Origin: an uncultured bacterium
GTDB lineage: Bacteria > Krumholzibacteriota > Krumholzibacteriia > LZORAL124-64-63
Assembly: GCA_963732385.1 (NCBI GenBank)
Contig: CAVSZB010000007.1
Location: 960,001-1,024,000, forward strand
Length of the DNA stretch: 64,000 nt
Reading direction: 5' to 3'
Shown here: piece by piece, positions 57,189-64,000 of the stretch
Numbering within the stretch: position 1 is the first letter of the stretch
How the letters are laid out: each line of letters opens with the position of its first letter
The notes under the pieces: generated by a model
Told to the model about the DNA's origin: nothing
The model's database searches: none
What the model saw: the letters and a program-made list of their open reading frames with translations, nothing else
Program-made: the position numbers and the translations under genes

Positions 57189-59359
57189 AGCACGATTTCG
57201 ACCGCAACGGCTTCCGCCTCACCGACCGCGAGCGCGCGGAGCTCTGGCAGCAGATCGACCCGTCGGCCCGCCGGCGCGCCGCCTGGCGGCCGCGTCTCGT
57301 CCCGGCGCTGGCCACCGGAGCCGTGGCCCTGGCCGCCATCGCCCTGGTGATGATGAATTTCCCGCGCCGCGGCACGGACCTGCCCGCGCCGCCCGCCACG
57401 CCGTCCATCACGCGCATCGTCGCGCAGTCCGCGGCCCCGGCGGCGCCGCCGCAGAGCGTCACCGTCGTCCCTTCGGCGGAGAGCCGCCGGGAGTCCGCGG
57501 GCGACGCGCCAGGGATAGCGGAAGCGACCCGGATCGCCGACGACGACCGTGTCGCCTCTGACCGTCAGGCCCCGCCCGATATCGCGGACGCCGCCCGCCA
57601 GACCCCGGTCGTCAACGCCGTCCAGGAGCAGCGGATCACCGGGGAGCGTCGGATGAAGTATTCCATCGACTCCGTCGAGGAGACTGTGGCCAAGCAATCC
57701 GGCGCGTCCGGGAGCGGCAAGAAGATGTTCACGCGCGGCGGCCGCACGGGCGAGGTCAGTATGCACGTGGGCGATACGCCCGCGGACAAGTCGCGCAACG
57801 AAAGCTCCGGCGGGCTCACGCTGAGCCCCGGCGAGGCGCCGCCGGCCGCTCCGCGCGGCGGGCGTCCCGTCGCTGACGAGGAGCACGACTTCCGCACGCG
57901 CTGCTGGATCCCTCCCCAGGATCCGGCGTTCGACGCGATGTCCTTCCGGCACTCCGGCGTCAATCCGTTCGTGGTCACCGACGCGGACCCGCTGTCGACC
58001 TTCGCGCTCGATGTGGACAACGCCTCTTACACGCTGACGCGCGCCTACCTCGAGCGGGGCGAGCTGCCGCCCGCGGCGGCCGTCCGGGTGGAGGAGTGCG
58101 TCAACTTCTTCGCGCAGGACTACCCCGCGCCCGACGGAGGCGACTTCCGGATCGCGGTCGACGGCGCCCCCTCCCCCTTCGGTGAGGGGTACGAACTGCT
58201 GCGGATCGGCCTGCGCGCGCGCGACGTGTTGCCGGCGGCGCGCCGGCCGGCCGCGCTCACCTTCGTGATCGACGTATCAGGCTCGATGCGCCGCGAGGGG
58301 AGGCTGGAGCTGGTCAAGAGCGCCCTGCGGGTGCTGTTCGACGAGCTCGACGCGGACGACACGGTCGGCATCGTCACCTACGCGACCCACGCGGAGGTGG
58401 CGCTGCCGCCGACCCCGGTCTCCCGGCGATCGCGTATCGAAGGCGTCATCGCCAGGCTCGAGCCCCGGAACTCCACGAACGTCAACGAGGGTCTCGAGTA
58501 CGGCTATCGCATGGCGCGCGAAAGCTTCCGGACCGGCGCCGTCAACCGGATCGTCCTCTGCTCGGACGGCGTGGCCAACGAAGCGATCACGGTGGCCGAG
58601 GGGATCCTCGACGACGTGCGCCGCGAGGCCGACGCGGGGATCCACCTGACGGCGATCGGGGTCGGGATGGGCAACTACAACGACGTCCTGCTCGAGCAGC
58701 TCGCCGACCGGGGCGACGGCAACTACTTCTACGTGGACGACCTCGACGAGGCGCGCCGGGTCTTCCGCCGCAACCTCACCGGCACGCTGCAGACCGTGGC
58801 GCGCGACGCCAAGGTGCAGGTCGAGTTCGATCCCGACGTCGTGCTGCGCTGGCGGCTGCTCGGCTACGAGAACCGTGACGTGGCCGACCGCGACTTCCGC
58901 AACGACGCGGTAGATGCCGGCGAGATCGGCGCCGGGCACCAGGTCACGGCGCTCTACGAGATCAAGTGGACGCCCGTTGGCGCGCGACGGTCCGCACAGC
59001 GGCGCGGCGCCGGCGCGGCGCTGGGGGTCGTCCGGCTGCGCTACCGCGAGCCGGAGAGCGAGGGGCGGCAGGCCGGTCTGGCGCGGGAACTGAGCCGCCG
59101 CATCACGCCGCGCGATCTCAGCCGTTCCTTCGGCGCGGCCGATCCGCGCCTGCGGTTGGACGCCGCGGTGGCGGAGTTCGCCGAGATCCTGCGCGGCAGC
59201 CCGTGGGCCAGGGGCGGCGACCTGGATCGCGTGGCGCGTCTCGCGGCGGAGGTGGCGGACGAACTGCCGCGCGACGACGCGGTGGCGGAATTCGCCCGCC
59301 TCGCCCGCACGGCGGCCCGGCTGCGGGGGGCCGACGACGCCGGGGAGGAACGGGAATAG
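57185..59359 (+). CDS. Membrane-anchored vWA protein (YfbK / vWF_A + DUF3520 type), probable anti-sigma
   Basis: Short N-terminus + one TM, STFALDVD.ASY, MIDAS DVSGSM, SDG.AN, GYENR, DAGEIGAGH; ATGA overlap with the sigma gene. Confidence 0.88.
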   Translation: MKHDFDRNGFRLTDRERAELWQQIDPSARRRAAWRPRLVPALATGAVALAAIALVMMNFPRRGTDLPAPPATPSITRIVAQSAAPAAPPQSVTVVPSAESRRESAGDAPGIAEATRIADDDRVASDRQAPPDIADAARQTPVVNAVQEQRITGERRMKYSIDSVEETVAKQSGASGSGKKMFTRGGRTGEVSMHVGDTPADKSRNESSGGLTLSPGEAPPAAPRGGRPVADEEHDFRTRCWIPPQDPAFDAMSFRHSGVNPFVVTDADPLSTFALDVDNASYTLTRAYLERGELPPAAAVRVEECVNFFAQDYPAPDGGDFRIAVDGAPSPFGEGYELLRIGLRARDVLPAARRPAALTFVIDVSGSMRREGRLELVKSALRVLFDELDADDTVGIVTYATHAEVALPPTPVSRRSRIEGVIARLEPRNSTNVNEGLEYGYRMARESFRTGAVNRIVLCSDGVANEAITVAEGILDDVRREADAGIHLTAIGVGMGNYNDVLLEQLADRGDGNYFYVDDLDEARRVFRRNLTGTLQTVARDAKVQVEFDPDVVLRWRLLGYENRDVADRDFRNDAVDAGEIGAGHQVTALYEIKWTPVGARRSAQRRGAGAALGVVRLRYREPESEGRQAGLARELSRRITPRDLSRSFGAADPRLRLDAAVAEFAEILRGSPWARGGDLDRVARLAAEVADELPRDDAVAEFARLARTAARLRGADDAGEERE

Positions 59360-59382
59360 ACCCCGACCGCCGCCGACCGACG

Positions 59383-59421
59383 CACCGCCGCCCCGCGCCC
59401 GGTCAGCGCGGGGCGGCGGTG
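59383..59421. terminator. Long GC hairpin between convergent genes
   Basis: CACCGCCGCCCCGCGC-N7-GCGCGGGGCGGCGGTG 16-bp stem, no U-tract. Confidence 0.55.
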
Positions 59422-59450
59422 TGTCGCGCGACGGCGCCGGGGCCGCCCGC

Positions 59451-59951
59451 TCAGTAGCGCATGATCACGCGCAGTTCCCGCAGCGAATCGGCCAGGGCAA
59501 AGCGCGCCTTGGCGAACTGCGGCGGTCCCATGCGGGTGTGGTTGTTCGACACGCCGCCCCCCTCCTTCGGCTTCGGAAAAGGGAAGGTGCGCATGTCGAA
59601 TTTGCCGTTTCCGTTCTTGTCGTGGAAGACCTGCAGGGCGTAGATCGTGTCGAACGGCACCGACACGAAGCGCACCTGCACGCTGTCGGGCCGCACCGGC
59701 ACGACCAGGCGCGCGAAAGCCTGATCCGGCTTGAGCCAGCCCTGCGGGCCGCGGAAGAGGGCGAACAGCAGACTCCCTCCCTGGTCGCCCCGCACGCCAA
59801 CCGCCGTGACCACGATCTGGCCGTCCGGCGGGAGCGGCGCGGCCACGGCAATGAGTTCGTCCTGCCCCTGCGCCTCCTGCGCCGTGACCGGCGCGGCCAC
59901 GACGACCAGAGCCAGCAGGCACGGCAGCAGACCCGGCTTGATGTCCTTCAT
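59451..59951 (-). CDS. DUF2141-family exported protein
   Basis: Signal peptide; YAL..FHDKNGNGKFD...PKEG.G.SNN...GPPQF. Confidence 0.85.
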   Translation of the reverse strand: MKDIKPGLLPCLLALVVVAAPVTAQEAQGQDELIAVAAPLPPDGQIVVTAVGVRGDQGGSLLFALFRGPQGWLKPDQAFARLVVPVRPDSVQVRFVSVPFDTIYALQVFHDKNGNGKFDMRTFPFPKPKEGGGVSNNHTRMGPPQFAKARFALADSLRELRVIMRY

Positions 59952-59981
59952 GCCCCCCCTTTTCGGCGCCGACGCGCCAGA

Positions 59982-61898
59982 CTAGCGCACCTCCGCACGC
60001 ACCAGCTCGACCGCGACCCGCGGATTCAAAAGCAGCAGCCCCTCCTGCCCCTCGAGCGAGTCGGCGCCACGCTTGATGAGATCGATGGTCTGCGCCGGCG
60101 TCAGGCCGGGACGCAGGGCGATCAGCTTGCCGGCCAGGTTGGCCGCGTTGGGCGAAGCCATCGAGGTGCCCGACATCTTCATCCGCCTGCCGCCCGGGAT
60201 GGTGCTCTCCACCTCGAAACCGTTGGCGTAGATCACGACGCGGCGGCCGCGGCTCGTGAAGCCGGTGCGCCGGCCGGCCTGGTCCACGGCGCCGACCATC
60301 AGCAGGTTGGGCAGGTCGAGCGCGCCGGGAATCGAATGGTCGAACTCCACGTCGTTGTCGTCGTTCCCGGCCGCGGCGACGAACAGGATGTCCGGCGCCT
60401 GCGCCAGCGCGCCCGCCATCCCCTGTTTAAGGATTCCGAGGTACTCGGCGGCCATGCGCGAGCGCTCCGGCGCACCGGCGCCGATGTTGTTCGCCTCGAG
60501 CATCCCCTCGATCTCCTTGAGGCCCCAGCCCCAGCTCATGTTGACGACCCGCACGCCGTGCGCCTTGAAATAGTCGACCGTGCGCCGGTAGGAATCGGCG
60601 TGGCGCAACGCGGACTCGCGCGTGAGCGGCTCGGGAATGGTGTGGTAGTCGAAGCTGATACGGGCCGTCAGCACCTTCGCGGCCGGGTTGCCGTCGAGCG
60701 CCAGGCCGGCCACGTGAGTGCCATGAGCGTAGAGCCCGACAAAACCGAGTCCCTCCATGAACGGCTGCACGTCGGCCGGCGCCATGGTCGACATCCGCTG
60801 CCGCAGCGCGGAGGCCTCGGGACTCTCCACGCCCGACTGCAGATCGGTGAACCCCTTCATCTCCGCCAGCGCCTGCGGGAGCCGTTCGGTCTGGTCGCCG
60901 GTCGGGTGGAGCAGTTCGGTCACAGGGCGTCCCGCGCGGTCGAAGGCGATGCCGTTGACGTCGTCGATGAAGCCGTTGCCGTCGTTGTCAAGACCATCCG
61001 GCTTCTCCGCCGGATTGACGAAGACGCGGTCGCCGAACACCGGCACGTCGACGCCGGCGTCCCACACCGCGATCATGACCGGCGTCAGTCGGTCCCGGGC
61101 GGGATCGAGCGTGACCATGCGATCGGCCCAGATGTCGCTCTGCCCGGCCGCTTCGGCCGGCGCGCCGGCCAGGAAGGTGACGAAGGCGGCGATCATTTCG
61201 TCACGCAGCGGCAGCACCGTGCGCAGCGCTGCGCCCAGACTGACCACCTGGGCCGCCAGGTCGGCGCTGATCTCGCCGGAACCCGCGGCGACGGGGTCGA
61301 TCTGGCTCTGCACCATGCCGAGCAACAGGGCCGGGCTGGCGATCTCCATACGTCCCTTCATCGCCTCGATGTTGTTGCGCACGAGGTCGATCGGCAAAGA
61401 GGCCAACTGCGCGTCGAGAGCGGCGCGGAAGGCGGCGCGGAACGCCGGCGTCGTGAGGTCGGCGCCGGCAGCGGTGCGGGCCGCGACCCAGGCCCGCGCG
61501 GTCAGGCCGGTCGTCAGGCGCTGCGCCTCCTTGTCCTCGCGCGCGCGCAACGACTCCACCCGCGCCTGCGCGTCCTGATCGCGTCCCTCGAGCAGATCGA
61601 GCGAGAGCAGCGTGTTGTCGAACCGACGCAGGGCCGCCGCATCTTTGATGTCGTAACGCGAGAGATCGGCCTCGATGTCGGCTCGCACCTGACCGCAGAA
61701 AGCCGCGAAAAGCGCGTCGTCCTGGACCAGCTCGGACACCTTCCCGGTCACTTTGTAGGCATGACGCGGCAGGTCGTCGAGCGAACGAACGGGGAGCTTG
61801 TCCGCGGCGGATGCGCCCCCCACGCCCAGCAGCAGTCCCAGCGAGAATCCGACCGCCCGCAGGCGCCCGCGGGTGAACACACGACCCGATGTCATCAT
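59982..61898 (-). CDS. Secreted S8 (subtilisin-like) serine peptidase with a large helical N-terminal region
   Basis: Signal peptide; WDAGVD, HGTHVAG, AAGND, GTSMASP; DNDGNGFIDD Ca-loop. Confidence 0.92.
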   Translation of the reverse strand: MMTSGRVFTRGRLRAVGFSLGLLLGVGGASAADKLPVRSLDDLPRHAYKVTGKVSELVQDDALFAAFCGQVRADIEADLSRYDIKDAAALRRFDNTLLSLDLLEGRDQDAQARVESLRAREDKEAQRLTTGLTARAWVAARTAAGADLTTPAFRAAFRAALDAQLASLPIDLVRNNIEAMKGRMEIASPALLLGMVQSQIDPVAAGSGEISADLAAQVVSLGAALRTVLPLRDEMIAAFVTFLAGAPAEAAGQSDIWADRMVTLDPARDRLTPVMIAVWDAGVDVPVFGDRVFVNPAEKPDGLDNDGNGFIDDVNGIAFDRAGRPVTELLHPTGDQTERLPQALAEMKGFTDLQSGVESPEASALRQRMSTMAPADVQPFMEGLGFVGLYAHGTHVAGLALDGNPAAKVLTARISFDYHTIPEPLTRESALRHADSYRRTVDYFKAHGVRVVNMSWGWGLKEIEGMLEANNIGAGAPERSRMAAEYLGILKQGMAGALAQAPDILFVAAAGNDDNDVEFDHSIPGALDLPNLLMVGAVDQAGRRTGFTSRGRRVVIYANGFEVESTIPGGRRMKMSGTSMASPNAANLAGKLIALRPGLTPAQTIDLIKRGADSLEGQEGLLLLNPRVAVELVRAEVR

Positions 61899-62005
61899 CG
61901 CCAACTCCTTGCCGGTGGACCACAATAGAGGAAACTCGGGAATCAGGATCGGCCCGGACGCGGGCGCCGTCAAGCAACGCCCGACATCGCAGCCTGCCCG
62001 CCGTC

Positions 62006-62041
62006 AAAAAACATCCGCCCCACGGACGGTCCGTGGGGCGG
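62006..62041 (-). terminator. Rho-independent terminator after porB
   Basis: CCGCCCCACGGA stem (62015-62041) followed by a T6 run on the minus strand. Confidence 0.75.
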
Positions 62042-62071
62042 TGCGCGCGGAATCAAAAACTGCGCAGGCGG

Positions 62072-63025
62072 TCAGGCGCCCACCGGCGCGGGCGTCTCGC
62101 CCGCGTCGCGCAGAAGGCGTGCCCAGTCGAAGTCCACCTTGCGCTGGATCTCGGCCAGAAGCGCCTCATTGCCCGGCTTGAACAGGTGCTTGAAACGCCC
62201 CTGCGGCTTCATCCAGTCGACGATCGGCACCTGCTGCTTCGGCTTGTGGTTGACGACATACTTCCCGTCCTCGACCTCGAACAACGGCCAGAAGTTCGAC
62301 TCGACGGCGATCCGCGCCATCTCCATGCCGAGCTCCATCTCGAAGTGCCAGCCGACGGTGCACGGCATGAGGATGTTGATGAACGCCGGGCCCGGCGTAT
62401 CGAGCGCCTTCTGCACCTTGGTGGCGAGATCGCGCCAGTGGAAAGGAGTCGTCTGCGCGACGTACGGGATGTTGTGCGCGACCATGATGCGGGTCAGATC
62501 CTTGCGGTGCTGCTCCTTGCCCTGGCGCACCTTCCCCGCGGGCGCAGTGGAGGTGTGGGCGCCGAACGGGGTGGCGCTCGAGCGCTGGATCCCCGTGTTC
62601 ATGTAGGCTTCGTTGTCGTAGCAGATGTAGACCATGTTGTGGCCGCGCTCCATCGCGCCCGAGAGCGACTGCAGGCCGATGTCGTAGGTCCCGCCGTCGC
62701 CGCCCATGGCGATGAAGTTGATGCGCTCGCGCTCGGCCGGCAGTTCGCCGCGCTTCTTGAGCGCGCGGAAAGCCGTCTCCACTCCCGAAACGGTGGCCGC
62801 GGAATTTTCGAACGCCGAGTGGATGAACGGGATCTTCCACGCGGTGTAGGGATAGATCGTGGTGACGACCTCCATGCACCCCGTGGCGCAGCCCAGGACC
62901 GTGTCCGCACCGGCGGTCAGCATGACCTGGCGCAGGATATTGGCTCCGGTGCAGCCGGCGCAGGCGCGATGCCCGCCGGCCAGGAGGTCCTCGTGCTTGG
63001 TGAGCTGCTGCAGATTGACAGCCAT
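62072..63025 (-). CDS. porB: Pyruvate/2-ketoisovalerate:ferredoxin oxidoreductase beta subunit
   Basis: GHRACAGC, TGCMEV, GGDGGTYDIG...DNEAYMNTG.QRS. Confidence 0.93.
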   Translation of the reverse strand: MAVNLQQLTKHEDLLAGGHRACAGCTGANILRQVMLTAGADTVLGCATGCMEVVTTIYPYTAWKIPFIHSAFENSAATVSGVETAFRALKKRGELPAERERINFIAMGGDGGTYDIGLQSLSGAMERGHNMVYICYDNEAYMNTGIQRSSATPFGAHTSTAPAGKVRQGKEQHRKDLTRIMVAHNIPYVAQTTPFHWRDLATKVQKALDTPGPAFINILMPCTVGWHFEMELGMEMARIAVESNFWPLFEVEDGKYVVNHKPKQQVPIVDWMKPQGRFKHLFKPGNEALLAEIQRKVDFDWARLLRDAGETPAPVGA

Positions 63026-63039
63026 CGTGGCCTCCCTTC

Positions 63040-64000
63040 CTAGAGCCTCACGCCCAGGAGATTGATCGTCTCGCCTGTCTTGCCTTTGGCCGCGTCGACC
63101 AACCGGTCGATCACACTGGCGATCTGCCGCAGATCGCAGTCGCGGCCGCCCAGGCCGTAAATCCAGTTGAGCACCGGCGGCGCGCCGGGCTGTCCATAAA
63201 GCGCCGAGCGCACTTCGCTGAACAGCGGCCCGCCGGCGGCCCCGAACGACACGGCGCGGTCGAGGACGGCCACCGCCTTGCGACCCTTCAGGGCCGCCGC
63301 GATTTCCGTGGCGGGGAACGGCCGGAACAGACGGAGCTTGAGCATCCCGACCTTCACGCCGCGTTCGCGATAGTCGTCGATGACATCCTTCGCGGTGCCG
63401 GCGGTGGAACCCATCATCACGAGCGCCACTTCGGCGTCGTCAAGCCGGTACGACTCGAAGAAATCGTAGTGCCGGCCGCTGAGCTCGCCGTACTCACGGC
63501 TGATCTGGTTCACCACGCCGAAGGCCCTCTGATGCGCCTCCATCTCGCCGATCTTGTGCTCGAAGTAGTAGTCCGGAAGATCCAGCGGACCGACCGTGAT
63601 CGGCTTCGCCACGTCGAGCAGCGCGTAGGCCGCCTTGTAAGGACCCACGAACTTCTCCGCGTCGGCGGCGTCGAGGATATGCAGAGAATCGGCGGTGTGG
63701 CTGATGATGAAACCGTCGTAGTTGATCATGACCGGCAACCGCACGTCGGCATGCTCGCCGATGCGGAACGCCATCAGCGCGTTGTCGTACGCCTCCTGCG
63801 CGCTTTCGCAGAAGAGGTGGATCCAGCCGGCGTCGCGACCGCCCATGGCGTCGCTGTGGTCGCAGTGAATGTTGATGTTGCCGGAGAGCGCGCGGTTCAC
63901 CAGCGCCATGCAGATCGGCAGGCGCAACGAGGCGGCCACGTAGACCAGCTCCCACATCAGGGCGAAGCCGGCGGAACTGGTGGCGGTGATCACGCGGGCG
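63040..64000 (-). CDS. porA: Pyruvate/2-ketoisovalerate:ferredoxin oxidoreductase alpha subunit (5' end outside the window)
   Basis: TATSSAG, NRALS..INIHCDHSD, DGFIISH, LFRPFP, GLGGRD. Confidence 0.92.
   Translation of the reverse strand, partial: ARVITATSSAGFALMWELVYVAASLRLPICMALVNRALSGNINIHCDHSDAMGGRDAGWIHLFCESAQEAYDNALMAFRIGEHADVRLPVMINYDGFIISHTADSLHILDAADAEKFVGPYKAAYALLDVAKPITVGPLDLPDYYFEHKIGEMEAHQRAFGVVNQISREYGELSGRHYDFFESYRLDDAEVALVMMGSTAGTAKDVIDDYRERGVKVGMLKLRLFRPFPATEIAAALKGRKAVAVLDRAVSFGAAGGPLFSEVRSALYGQPGAPPVLNWIYGLGGRDCDLRQIASVIDRLVDAAKGKTGETINLLGVRL

Noticed and set aside
59421..61928. 835-aa plus-strand ORF
   Set aside because: Antisense shadow of the S8 peptidase and DUF2141 genes.
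1..64000. CRISPR arrays, tRNA/rRNA, IS elements, prophage or anti-phage defence genes
   Set aside because: I saw no spaced direct repeats, cloverleafs, transposase, integrase or phage motifs by eye. The EEP and AAA_28 pair lacks supporting defence-island context.

Overview
A GC-rich, gene-dense chromosomal window of about 55 CDS from a diderm, probably anaerobic or facultative bacterium. The FlgD-Ig-type C-terminal domain, TPR lipoproteins and 2-oxoacid:ferredoxin oxidoreductases suggest an FCB-related lineage such as Krumholzibacteriota or Latescibacterota (inference only). I found no rRNA, tRNA, CRISPR array or transposase. In order, the window holds: SAM-cycle genes (add, ahcY, sahR-like); a pduS-pduT-glcD/E fusion-glcF operon divergent from etfBA; FabK-like and FadF-like redox genes; a nucleotide-sugar operon bracketed by two apparently catalytically degenerate enzyme homologues (NeuA-like, HemC-like); a pyrR-B-C-K-D operon with a PyrR attenuator; korAB; a GT4/VanZ/nitrilase operon; a glycogen operon (GH57 with a -1 frameshift, galT-like, glgA, histidine kinase, response regulator, glgC); secreted peptidases (M1, M14, S8); an ECF sigma factor with a membrane-anchored vWA partner; and porAB. 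The best candidate for an undescribed system is the PduS/PduT microcompartment electron-transfer pair in an apparent operon with a fused GlcDE-GlcF hydroxy-acid dehydrogenase, with no other shell genes in the window. All calls come from motif recognition by eye; no searches were run.
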